From: Spirochaetia bacterium
Lineage (GTDB): Bacteria; Spirochaetota; Spirochaetia; UBA9216
Reading direction: 5' to 3'
Assembly (NCBI GenBank): GCA_963677925.2
Contig: CAXXYH010000004.1
Coordinates: 1,856,001-1,920,000, forward strand
DNA: 64,000 nt
Positions 39,646 to 48,783 of the stretch are shown piece by piece. The notes below the pieces were generated by a model, which saw nothing but the letters and a program-made list of their open reading frames with translations, did no database searches and was not told the DNA's origin. A program made the translations under genes and the position numbers. Within the stretch, counting starts at the first letter, position 1. The number at the start of each line of letters is the position of its first letter.

Positions 39646-40425
39646 ATGAGTTATAGAAATCACTATCAGATACTCGGCGTTTCTGAAAATTCAGATTTAT
39701 CAATGATAAAGCAGGCATTCCGCAGGCTCTCAATGAAATATCATCCTGATAAAAATGACGGTTCATTGAAATCAAATCAGATATTCAGAATCATTCTTGA
39801 CGCCTATCAGGTTCTTTCTGACAATGAAAGAAGAAAGGAATATGATGTATTTCTGAGTAAAAGTACCTATCTCAAGCGCGGCAGGGCGCCGGGACGTCAG
39901 GGAACGGCCGTGCTTTCCGGTAAGGCTGAATTCAGCAGTGAAGAAATACTTGAGCGGATCAATATCATCCTCTGGGAAGTCCATGGACTGGTGGAAGGAA
40001 AGCCTGAAGATCCGGATGTCCGGCGAGTAATTCTGATTATTCTTACCTTCCTTGATAAGTGGATCCTGGAACCTTACGGATTCCCTGACTACTTTATGGA
40101 GGCCCGTAAACTTGGAAAAACTGATCCAAGAATGCTTGTACATCTGCTTGGAAAAACCAGCAGGCCTTATGGACATACGCCTTACAGCAGTGTTGCAGAT
40201 TATTTTTATGATATTCGAAAAAGAGCAGACAAGCTCATAGAAAAACTTACACGTTCAGGCCTTCCTTCAGAAATTATTGCAGATGAACCGGGATTCATTG
40301 ACAGGTTGACGGAATATGATAAGATGGCCATCTACTATCTGAGCCGTGTTCTTGATGACAGGATTCCTACGGAAGGCTTTCCTATGTTTGAATTTTCAGA
40401 TATGGCTTATAATTATGGTTATTAA
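39646..40425 (+). CDS. J-domain protein with unknown C-terminus
   Basis: HYQILGV..IKQAFRRLSMKYHPDKN..AYQVLSD..RKEYD. Confidence 0.9.
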   Translation: MSYRNHYQILGVSENSDLSMIKQAFRRLSMKYHPDKNDGSLKSNQIFRIILDAYQVLSDNERRKEYDVFLSKSTYLKRGRAPGRQGTAVLSGKAEFSSEEILERINIILWEVHGLVEGKPEDPDVRRVILIILTFLDKWILEPYGFPDYFMEARKLGKTDPRMLVHLLGKTSRPYGHTPYSSVADYFYDIRKRADKLIEKLTRSGLPSEIIADEPGFIDRLTEYDKMAIYYLSRVLDDRIPTEGFPMFEFSDMAYNYGY

Positions 40426-40470
40426 TTTATAAAAATATTAAAAACTGTATTCTAAAAAGGGAAATTAAAT

Positions 40471-41565
40471 ATGGAAAGAAAAAATCGAATCTTCTTGAGA
40501 AAATTATTAATTCTACTCATATCAACTGTTTGGCTTGTGTCATGCATGACTTCCAATAAGCTTGATACGGAACAGAAAAGTATCAGAGATTATTATGCTG
40601 ATAAAAATTACCAGGAAACTATCCGGCTCTCTCTTGAATATCTGAAACAAAACCCTGATGACGCTTTTGTTAATCATATTCTTGGAAGAGTTTTGTCTGA
40701 TTCATTAAGAGGAGACGAAGCTGTTGCATACCTGGAGAAAGCAATTAAGCTTGATAATGAAAAAAGCTACATTTCAAGCTGGAGCTATCTGTATCTGGGA
40801 AGCTATTATTCTGAGGCTGACAGAGCCCGGGCATTGCAGATGTACGACAAGGTCATAGAACTTAATAAAACCTCTAATTCCGTAAACTGGGCAAAAATTG
40901 AAAAATTGCAGCTTGCTCAGAATAAAGCGGATTTTACATTCATCGGAACAGAACACATCAACTTCTATTTTGATGATATTCAGAGCATCGGCAATCCTGC
41001 TGCATATACGGAAGTTAGAGAGGCCGCCTTTGTTAAAATATGTTCAACTCTGAAAGTGGAGCCTGATTTTAATATTGATTTTTATGTCTGGCATGATCGG
41101 AATAAGTTCTATGAAGAATACGGTAAGACGCTTGGCTTCAGTATCTCAAGCAGAGGGATAATTCATTCGGCTGATAATCAGTCTGCAGGTCATGAAATAG
41201 CTCATTCGATCATATATCACCTTTATAAAAACGGCGGCGAAGCAACCGGTCTGATAAATGAAGGCGGAGCCGTATATTTTGATCAGAATACAGGATTTTC
41301 TTTTGAGGAAAGAGTAAAAAAAGTCAGTAAAAATGCACGAAGGAATCTTGATATAAAGGATATGTGGGCAAACTGGGGAGGCTATACCGAGAATGTTGGA
41401 TATCCTGTTGGTGGAGCTTTTATTGATTATCTTGTTAAAAAGGAAGGGTTTGATAAGCTTATTCTGCTGCTGGGTGATCAGAGCTATGAAAATGCTTTAG
41501 ACATCTACGGAAATAATCTTGAATTATATATAGCCGATTTTGAGAACTGGGTTGATAGTATCTGA
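40471..41565 (+). CDS. Lipoprotein with TPRs and a gluzincin-type metallopeptidase domain
   Basis: Lipobox LVSC; TPRs; GHEIAH..LINEGGAVY. Confidence 0.8.
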   Translation: MERKNRIFLRKLLILLISTVWLVSCMTSNKLDTEQKSIRDYYADKNYQETIRLSLEYLKQNPDDAFVNHILGRVLSDSLRGDEAVAYLEKAIKLDNEKSYISSWSYLYLGSYYSEADRARALQMYDKVIELNKTSNSVNWAKIEKLQLAQNKADFTFIGTEHINFYFDDIQSIGNPAAYTEVREAAFVKICSTLKVEPDFNIDFYVWHDRNKFYEEYGKTLGFSISSRGIIHSADNQSAGHEIAHSIIYHLYKNGGEATGLINEGGAVYFDQNTGFSFEERVKKVSKNARRNLDIKDMWANWGGYTENVGYPVGGAFIDYLVKKEGFDKLILLLGDQSYENALDIYGNNLELYIADFENWVDSI

Positions 41566-41577
41566 TGATCGGATAAG

Positions 41578-41805
41578 TCAGTAGCTTTTCTTAATTAGAG
41601 GCCGTATCAGTTTTTCAAGTCCGTTTATCTTGATTTCCACCAGTATTGCCATCAATTCTCCAAGCCGGCCGCCCGGCAGGCCCTTATCCCTGAACCAGAG
41701 TACATAAGTTTCAGGTAAATCAATCAGGTACCGTCCTGAATATTTTCCGAAGGGCATTTTAGTATTTGCAAGTTCAAGCAGTGTTTCAGCTTCTTCATAT
41801 TCCAT
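41578..41805 (-). CDS. DUF3820 family protein
   Basis: KMPFGKYSGRYLIDLPETYVLWF..IKINGLE. Confidence 0.9.
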   Translation of the reverse strand: MEYEEAETLLELANTKMPFGKYSGRYLIDLPETYVLWFRDKGLPGGRLGELMAILVEIKINGLEKLIRPLIKKSY

Positions 41806-41862
41806 AATTAAGTTTAGCAGAAAAATAAGGATTAAAGTAATAGCTCTTTGATGATTTATAGC

Positions 41863-41909
41863 TTGATTATATGTTTTGTTTTCTTCATAATTAGTCTGAA
41901 AACAGACTA
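41863..41909 (+). promoter_or_regulatory. Promoter and putative MarR operator
   Basis: TTGATT-N17-CATAAT, followed at once by the palindrome TAGTCTG-aaaa-CAGACTA (41892-41909). Confidence 0.7.
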
Positions 41910-41945
41910 TCTGATTTACGACTAAATACTTTAAGCGATTTATAA

Positions 41946-42410
41946 ATGAAATATATAACGATGGATGAGGCTCTATTACTTATCCGGACCCCATACAGAT
42001 TTTATAATGCTATGAAAAAGAATCTGACTCTCCCGGATGATATATCTGTGAACCAGACGCAGGCTCATACACTCCTGATACTTCGGGAGCAGGGGGCTGT
42101 TTCAATGCATGTACTCGGCCGGCTCACAGGGATAGTGAAAGGGTCTCTGACCCAGGTTGTTGATGCACTGGTTGAAGCAAATCTTGTTGAGCGTAAAAGA
42201 GCCACTGATGACAGGCGTGCAGTGCTTGTTTCCATTACAGCAGAAGGGCTGAGTATGACAGACAGGCTCGATGAGAATCTAATCGAGCATACTGAATCCA
42301 TATTGAGTGTTTTTTCTGAGGAACAGAGACGGGGCATTATGAAAGCACTTAAAGTTATTGATGACAGTCTTAACCTTATGGAAAAGAGAGAAGATAATGC
42401 AGCAGAATAA
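41946..42410 (+). CDS. MarR family regulator (on the + strand; the ORF track mislabels it as -)
   Basis: ATGAAATATATAACG reads on + at 41946; KGSLTQVVDALVEANLVER..DRRAVLVSITAEG. Confidence 0.95.
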   Translation: MKYITMDEALLLIRTPYRFYNAMKKNLTLPDDISVNQTQAHTLLILREQGAVSMHVLGRLTGIVKGSLTQVVDALVEANLVERKRATDDRRAVLVSITAEGLSMTDRLDENLIEHTESILSVFSEEQRRGIMKALKVIDDSLNLMEKREDNAAE

Positions 42411-43755
42411 ATCGTCCTTTCTCGGGACAGAAAAACTATTTCCTTTACTAATGAAAATGTCTGTACCTGCAATAATTGGTATGATGGCCGCGGCACTTTA
42501 CAATGTTGTTGATACGATATTTGTAGGGCGTGGTGTCGGACCGCTTGGTATTGCCGGGCTTTCAATAGCTTTTCCTATTCAGATGATTGTTCAGGCTGTA
42601 GGTCAGATGATCGGCATAGGCGCTGCTTCAATTATTTCCCGAAAGCTCGGTGAAAAGAATTACGATGAAGCTTCCCTTGCTCTTGGGACAGCTATTCTTT
42701 CTATCGCCATATTTTCTATTGTGATTGTTATTGGTATTGCTGCCTTTTTCAGACCGATACTATCGCTTTTCGGCGCTACCGAAACTATTATGCCTTATTC
42801 TGTTGAATATCTGCGCAATGTTATTTTCGGATTTCCCTTTATTGCTATTTCTATGGCTGGTAATAATATGATCAGATCCGAAGGGAAGGCCAGAACTGCC
42901 ATGGGTACCATGCTCATAGGTATGGGGCTGAATATAATCCTCGACCCGATTTTTATTTTTGTACTTGATATGGGAATTCAGGGTGCCGCCCTTGCAACTG
43001 TGATTAGCCAGTTTTGTTCGTTTGTCTGGGTTGCTCTTTTTTATCTCACAAAGAAAAGCTCTATTCGACTTGATCGCGGCCATATGCATATTAAAGGAGC
43101 TTTTCTGCGTGAAATGCTGGTGCTGGGGCTACCTAATGCGGTTCAGTCTGCAGGGATAAGTATACTAGCGGTGATAGTAAACAATACACTGGGGCTGCTT
43201 GGAGGAGACCTGGCGATATCTACATATGGAATGCTTCACCGGCTGCTCTCATTTGTTTTTATGCCGATGATTGGTCTGGCCCAGGGATTCCAGCCAATAG
43301 CGGGATATAACTTCGGTGCCCGTGAGTACGGAAGGGTAAAACGGATTCTTTTTCTGGCTGCCGGAACTTCCATATCAGTGTCATCCTTTTTCTTTTTCTT
43401 AATAAGAACGTTTCCGGATTTTTTTATAGGATTATTTACCGTGGATGCTGATCTTATAGCAAGCAGTTCCAGGGCTCTTAAAATCATGTCGCTTGCTATG
43501 CCGTTGATGAGTATACAGATCATTGCAAGCGTATATTTTCAGGCAATCGGGAAGGGAATTGCATCGTTGCTTCTGGGTCTTTCAAGGCAGTTTCTTCTGC
43601 TTATCCCAATTGTCCTCATCCTGCCGAGGTTTATAGGTGTTGACGGGATCTGGGCGGCCTTTCCTTCATCTGATTTCTTATCGATCACAATTTCACTTGT
43701 TGTAATGTCTTTTGAGTTGAGGCAGCTGAAACGGCTCGAAAGCGGTAAATTATAA
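42397..43755 (+). CDS. MATE efflux transporter (MepA-like)
   Basis: MSVPAIIGM..LYNVVDTIFVG, NIILDPIFIF, GIQGAALAT, GFQPIAGYNFGA. Confidence 0.95.
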   Translation: MQQNKSSFLGTEKLFPLLMKMSVPAIIGMMAAALYNVVDTIFVGRGVGPLGIAGLSIAFPIQMIVQAVGQMIGIGAASIISRKLGEKNYDEASLALGTAILSIAIFSIVIVIGIAAFFRPILSLFGATETIMPYSVEYLRNVIFGFPFIAISMAGNNMIRSEGKARTAMGTMLIGMGLNIILDPIFIFVLDMGIQGAALATVISQFCSFVWVALFYLTKKSSIRLDRGHMHIKGAFLREMLVLGLPNAVQSAGISILAVIVNNTLGLLGGDLAISTYGMLHRLLSFVFMPMIGLAQGFQPIAGYNFGAREYGRVKRILFLAAGTSISVSSFFFFLIRTFPDFFIGLFTVDADLIASSSRALKIMSLAMPLMSIQIIASVYFQAIGKGIASLLLGLSRQFLLLIPIVLILPRFIGVDGIWAAFPSSDFLSITISLVVMSFELRQLKRLESGKL

Positions 43756-43890
43756 TACCATTTCGCCGGATGTTTTATGGAATCGGTTATCTTAGAAAAG
43801 AATATGGTGCTCTGTCGGCAGAATCAAGTTATATGAAAAATTTAAAAAGAGCTCAGCCGTAATAATCTAAATAGGGATATAATAATCCCT

Positions 43891-44640
43891 ATGCGGATTG
43901 GAATAATAAGTGATATTCACGGTAATATCTATGCATTTGAAAAGGCTGCAGCGGAATTAACAGCATATAAACCCGATTTTATAGTCTTTCTGGGGGATCT
44001 TGTTTTCAACGGCCTTTATCCTCTGGAATGCTATGATCTGCTGAAAAGTCTTAACCCTAATATATGCATCAAGGGAAATACCGATTCAAATATTGAAGAG
44101 TTCCCTGACTTCAAGCCTCAAAACGATTTTGAAAACAGCCTGTATTCGATGATAGAATTTACAGATGCACGGATAAACAGTGAGTGCAGGGCTGAGCTTA
44201 AAAGCTGGAAAATCTCTGAGAAACACATATTTGATAATACTGCTATACTCTTCTGTCACGGCAGTCCCTGGTCATTCAAGGATAAACTGACCCTCGAAGA
44301 CAATGATCTCAGAATACTTTTAAATCAGCTTGAGAATGAACCCGGTCATCATATCATCTGCGGCCATACCCACATAAGTGAGCAGTTTGATTATGCCGGA
44401 AAACGAATCACCAACTTCGGTGCGGTCGGCTACCACTATGATAAATCGGATATGACAAGGTATGGTATAATCGAAACAGGCCGAAAGACTGAATTTATAT
44501 TCAGGGAAGCAGCATATGATGTTGAAAAATATAAGGCAGATATCAGGAAACAGAATTCTGTATTTGCGGATGATTTGCTGATGCTTCTTGAATATGGAAT
44601 GAGAAAAACAAATGAATTGAAGTACAAGAATAAAAGTTAG
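43891..44640 (+). CDS. Metallophosphoesterase (calcineurin-like)
   Basis: SDIHGN, LGDLV, KGNTD, CHGSP, CGHTH. Confidence 0.93.
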   Translation: MRIGIISDIHGNIYAFEKAAAELTAYKPDFIVFLGDLVFNGLYPLECYDLLKSLNPNICIKGNTDSNIEEFPDFKPQNDFENSLYSMIEFTDARINSECRAELKSWKISEKHIFDNTAILFCHGSPWSFKDKLTLEDNDLRILLNQLENEPGHHIICGHTHISEQFDYAGKRITNFGAVGYHYDKSDMTRYGIIETGRKTEFIFREAAYDVEKYKADIRKQNSVFADDLLMLLEYGMRKTNELKYKNKS

Positions 44641-44643
44641 GAT

Positions 44644-46059
44644 ATGTTTATGGATTTCAAAAAGGTTATTCTGATGCTGGTAGCAGTACTGCTGTTTCAC
44701 GGTTGTGAGAAAGAAGAGTTTCAGTATGTAAGCAATGTAAATATCATCGATGTTAAAACCGGAAATATTATTACAAATCAGTTTATTGAAATAAATCACG
44801 GAATCATAAGCAGAATCGGCAATATGGCTGAGCTTCCCGTGAAACACGCAGAAATAACTGACGGTAAATCAATGTATGTTACCCCCGGACTTACCGACAT
44901 GTATGTATACTTCAACAGTAAATCTGCAGACCTTGATTTCTGGAAAATTCACACAGGTGATCGGCTGATTGCTGCAGGGGTTACCGGCATAAGGGAAGGC
45001 GGTCTTAAGGGGATATCAGCTGATTTTATAGAAAATATTGATGAGTATTTGGGGGATAAAACATCAGGTCCGGATATTGTTCCGTGCCTGTATGTGAACT
45101 ACAGTACGGCAAAATATTATGAGTCGGTCAATGATGCAATGGAAGCTCTAAATGCCGGTTATATGAAACTTCAGAGAAAGATAGGTTCTCCTGAGTTTGA
45201 GAATATTCTGAAGTACGCGGAAGAATACAATATTTATTCCTCGGCTACCTTGTATTCGATTGAAGAGTTTTACACTGCCGTATCACTTGGGCTTGATGAG
45301 ATTAATAAGACTGCAATTATTGGTTTGTTTTTAATGGACCAGGAAACTTCAGATAATCTGAACTGGATAGATGAGAGAGAAACCTGGCCGGCAATGGATG
45401 AATACTTTTCGAAGTATTATCAGCTATCCAATGCTGAACTCACAGAAATTATTAAGGATGAGCTGGACGAAGTGCTCAAAATCATTGCTGCAAATGATAT
45501 TGTCTTATCTACCTGTCTTGCGGCAGATGAAATATCTGCGATGAAAATTACATCACCGGATGAATATCTTGAATATGCGGAGAAAAATAAAATTCCCAAG
45601 TATCGTGACCGAATTTTTATTTTTAACAGACAGGTCTATGGTGATCATTTCAGACTTGAGGCTGTCCCTGAGCATGTAATCTTCCGTTACAGACTCGACA
45701 GACTCCTGCTGAAACTATTTCTTGAATATGAAATTACATTACTTGCAGGGACTGAACTTTCCCAGCAGTCCTGGTATGGGCTGGCCCCAGGGATCTCGCT
45801 TCACGATGAGATGCGCATACTGACTGAAAACGGGTACAGTAACCTTCAGGCCCTGCAGACTGCAACGCTTAATCCGTCTGAGACTTTTATAAAGATGGGT
45901 GTTGAGCAGAAGCGGGGGCTTATTGAAGCCGGATATGCAGCAGATCTTGTTTTCACAGTTGAAAACCCGCTTGAGAATCTGAGCATTCTCAGAGAGCCTG
46001 TTCGGGTAATGAAATCCGGAGACATATATGATGAAGATATTCTTCAGTTACTTCGCTGA
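44644..46059 (+). CDS. Amidohydrolase-fold lipoprotein with degenerate metal site
   Basis: Lipobox FHGC; YVTPGLTDMYVY, LLAGTE, ALQTATLNP, GLIEAGYAADLV..NPLENL. Confidence 0.85.
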   Translation: MFMDFKKVILMLVAVLLFHGCEKEEFQYVSNVNIIDVKTGNIITNQFIEINHGIISRIGNMAELPVKHAEITDGKSMYVTPGLTDMYVYFNSKSADLDFWKIHTGDRLIAAGVTGIREGGLKGISADFIENIDEYLGDKTSGPDIVPCLYVNYSTAKYYESVNDAMEALNAGYMKLQRKIGSPEFENILKYAEEYNIYSSATLYSIEEFYTAVSLGLDEINKTAIIGLFLMDQETSDNLNWIDERETWPAMDEYFSKYYQLSNAELTEIIKDELDEVLKIIAANDIVLSTCLAADEISAMKITSPDEYLEYAEKNKIPKYRDRIFIFNRQVYGDHFRLEAVPEHVIFRYRLDRLLLKLFLEYEITLLAGTELSQQSWYGLAPGISLHDEMRILTENGYSNLQALQTATLNPSETFIKMGVEQKRGLIEAGYAADLVFTVENPLENLSILREPVRVMKSGDIYDEDILQLLR

Positions 46060-46598
46060 GATGGCAGCATTGTAATCGGGAACCTGTACTGCATATACAG
46101 CAGCGAAATATTGATGATAATGCAGAGTGCAAGGCATACTGCATAGATTATTTCGGTCCCAAGTTGGTAATCGGTGGCGGTAATTAGAAAAAATACCTGT
46201 CCCGCCAATGCGAGTGTGCAGAATATTAATGAGAAGACTGCAGAAAATTTTATTCTTCTGAATGCACCACGAACATCCCGGTAGGTCATTTTGTCTTTAA
46301 CAAAAAGAAGACTTGTCCCCCCGATGAATAAATATATGAGAGGGATGATATTTAGAAACCACGCCGCTCCTGTATAAGCTTTTTCAATTCCGGTGCTTGC
46401 CTGAAGACTTGCAAATACCCACAGTGCTGCAAATATAAGGATAAGTGAGATATTTATAATTTTAAACGGAAATACCCCTGATTCTGTATTTGCCAGCTTG
46501 TAGTATTCACCTGTATAAACATACCTGTAGCGCAGTTTACCATTATCGTTATCGTAAGGCTGTTTCTGCCATCCCTGAAAATACCAGTTTTGTTTCAT
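46044..46598 (-). CDS. Hypothetical membrane protein (4 TM)
   Basis: RYVYTGEYY then four hydrophobic helices; TTGGAC-N17-TATACT lies 7 nt before ATG 46598. Confidence 0.75.
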   Translation of the reverse strand: MKQNWYFQGWQKQPYDNDNGKLRYRYVYTGEYYKLANTESGVFPFKIINISLILIFAALWVFASLQASTGIEKAYTGAAWFLNIIPLIYLFIGGTSLLFVKDKMTYRDVRGAFRRIKFSAVFSLIFCTLALAGQVFFLITATDYQLGTEIIYAVCLALCIIINISLLYMQYRFPITMLPSQRSN

Positions 46599-46640
46599 GC
46601 TTATCAGTATACCTGTAATCGACCGGCTGTCCAATAAAGA

Positions 46641-46689
46641 AGCCTGATTCTCCGTTATTAGGACCGGGTGATATTGGAAGAATCAGGCT
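46641..46689 (-). terminator. Hairpin after the flavin oxidoreductase gene
   Basis: AGCCTGATTCT..AGAATCAGGCT with a TCTTTATT tail on the - strand. Confidence 0.6.
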
Positions 46690-46714
46690 GGATAGATGGC
46701 TGAATTAATATATT

Positions 46715-48634
46715 TTAAATCTGGCTTGCTGCAGCATAGGCTGAACGCATCGATGTCATAATTGTTCCTCCCTGCTCACAGTCGCCTATAATGTAGTAAT
46801 CGGCTTTACCGTTATAGAAAGCCAGAGCCTTTTCTGTTAAGGGTTTTGTTCCGGCCGCAGATATTACTGTATCAGCTTTCAGGCTGAGTTCCTGGCCCGC
46901 TTTCTGATACAGCACAACATTATCTCTGATTTCAGTTACTGAAGCCTCTGTGATTACGCTGAGATTTTTCTTGTTTTTCCATTCTTCGTCAAACGTTTCA
47001 CGGTAGTGTATCGGATTAACCTCGGGTGCAATCTCATTCCTCATTTCGAGTACAGTTACATTATGTCCCTTATCTGCCAGAAACATTCCGGTTTCCATTC
47101 CGACTTCTCCTGCTCCGATGATTACAACATCACCCCTTACTTTTTCAGGAGCAACAAGTGCTGAATGTGCCGTAATAACATTGGCGGATTCTATGCCTTT
47201 AACCGGAGGCATTACCGGAACAGTTCCGAGTGCAATAAATACGGTATCAAATCCTTCTTTTTCAAGCAGTTCGGGAGTTGCTTCAGTGTTAAGTCTTACA
47301 TCAATTACTTTTTTTTCAGTCTGATTGACCATGTAATTTAGGAAATCTTTAATCGGCCATTTGAAAGCAGGCATTGAGCCTGGAATCATCTGCCCTCCGA
47401 GGCTTCCGGATTTCTCGAACAACGTGACGCTGTTTCCGCGTTTTGTTGCAACAAGAGCTGCTTCCATACCTGCAGGACCTCCTCCGATGACGGCTATTTT
47501 CTTCGGTGCCGAAATCGGAGCCTCCTTTCTATGGAGATATGAGCTTATACCGAATTGCGGATTTACTGTACATGCGCTGCGGTAGGGGACATGGTGTCCG
47601 ATAACGTGACACTTGTTGCAGCGCACACAGGGAACAATGTCTTCTTTTCTTCCTTCTCGCATTTTTATGCCGTACTCATCATCACAGACAAAGGGCCTGG
47701 CCATTCCAATGAGATCCGCTTTTCCGGAGGCAAGAGCCTCTTCCATTACATCAGGATCCTGAAACCCTCCTATCGGCTCGATTAGAGTTTTAAGGTTAAG
47801 AGCTTTAAGTTCTTCTGCATATTCAAGAGTCGGATTGGGAATATGAAAACCCATCGGGTGGGAGATATCACCGTCCTCCATTCTGAGCTGAAGAATATCA
47901 ATCAGTCCCTCCGACATCTTTGCAAATTTCTTTGTATCTTCAAAAGTGTATCCGCCGGGAAGATCCTTAACGCTTAAAAGCCCTTCAAGTACAAAATCCT
48001 CTCCGACTTCAGCCTTTATTCTTCTGAATATTTCAAGAATAACCTTTGATCTGTTTTCCAAACTTCCGCCGTATTCATCGGTCCTGGTGTTTGTGATTGC
48101 AGAGAAGAATGCTCCTGCAAAAGAACTTCGGTATGCAAAATGGATCGACCCCATATCAAACCCGAGTTTTCTTGCAATCACAGCCTGCTCAACATAGGCA
48201 TCTATAAACTGATCGATAATTTCTTTTGTATAAGCCTTTGCCTTCCTTTCCGGACGGTCTATCACATCCCACTCGGGCATAATCGGGCGTGTAATATTCA
48301 AAGATGCTTTTCCGCCGTAATAGTGTATTGCATCACAGAGCATAATCAGATAGTTCTGGTGGGTCGGCTCATACATATCAAAAACCGGAAAGTGGTCGGT
48401 ATCAAATCCTATTTTCATTCCCTTCATTCCTATCGGTGCGTAGGTGTGTGCAAGGGTGACAACGGCTGCTCCGTTTTTTGCTCTGTTAGCCAGGAGCTCA
48501 ATAAGGTCTGTTGTAGGGTATTTTTCCGGCCCCATTAGAAAGTGGGGGAGGGAGTTTGAAGCAACGATTCTGTTTTTCAGAATCATATTTTTAACCTTAA
48601 TCGGTGAAAAGATATTTGAATAGTTTACGCTCAA
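46715..48634 (-). CDS. NADH:flavin oxidoreductase (Old Yellow Enzyme barrel + 4Fe-4S + FAD/NAD domain; BaiCD/FadH-like)
   Basis: LKNRIV, TNTRTDEYGGSLENR, GMARP, CVRCNKC..CTVNP, GGGPAG; AGGAGG SD before TTG 48634. Confidence 0.93.
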   Translation of the reverse strand: MSVNYSNIFSPIKVKNMILKNRIVASNSLPHFLMGPEKYPTTDLIELLANRAKNGAAVVTLAHTYAPIGMKGMKIGFDTDHFPVFDMYEPTHQNYLIMLCDAIHYYGGKASLNITRPIMPEWDVIDRPERKAKAYTKEIIDQFIDAYVEQAVIARKLGFDMGSIHFAYRSSFAGAFFSAITNTRTDEYGGSLENRSKVILEIFRRIKAEVGEDFVLEGLLSVKDLPGGYTFEDTKKFAKMSEGLIDILQLRMEDGDISHPMGFHIPNPTLEYAEELKALNLKTLIEPIGGFQDPDVMEEALASGKADLIGMARPFVCDDEYGIKMREGRKEDIVPCVRCNKCHVIGHHVPYRSACTVNPQFGISSYLHRKEAPISAPKKIAVIGGGPAGMEAALVATKRGNSVTLFEKSGSLGGQMIPGSMPAFKWPIKDFLNYMVNQTEKKVIDVRLNTEATPELLEKEGFDTVFIALGTVPVMPPVKGIESANVITAHSALVAPEKVRGDVVIIGAGEVGMETGMFLADKGHNVTVLEMRNEIAPEVNPIHYRETFDEEWKNKKNLSVITEASVTEIRDNVVLYQKAGQELSLKADTVISAAGTKPLTEKALAFYNGKADYYIIGDCEQGGTIMTSMRSAYAAASQI

Positions 48635-48691
48635 GGCGGTTACCTCCTGAGAAATTTCAGACATCATTCTATAGGCATTTCGGGAATAGTT

Positions 48692-48733
48692 GAAATATAA
48701 ATTTGTACCATTTGTTATGCAGAATTAGAATAA
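48692..48733 (-). promoter_or_regulatory. Putative LysR binding site, copy 1
   Basis: On -: TTATTC-N9-ATAA-N12-ATTTATATTTC, then a TAGAAT -10. Confidence 0.7.
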
Positions 48734-48783
48734 AGATTGAAATAATATACCTGCTCTGATAGAATCTCAGTCAAGGTTAAGGG

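Noticed and set aside
41946-42410. ORF track lists the MarR ORF on the minus strand
   Set aside because: The translated sequence reads directly on the plus strand from ATG 41946 and overlaps the MATE start, so the strand label is wrong.
48635-48667. Track start (ATG 48667) for the flavin reductase
   Set aside because: That ATG overlaps the putative -10, and an AGGAGG SD precedes the in-frame TTG at 48634.
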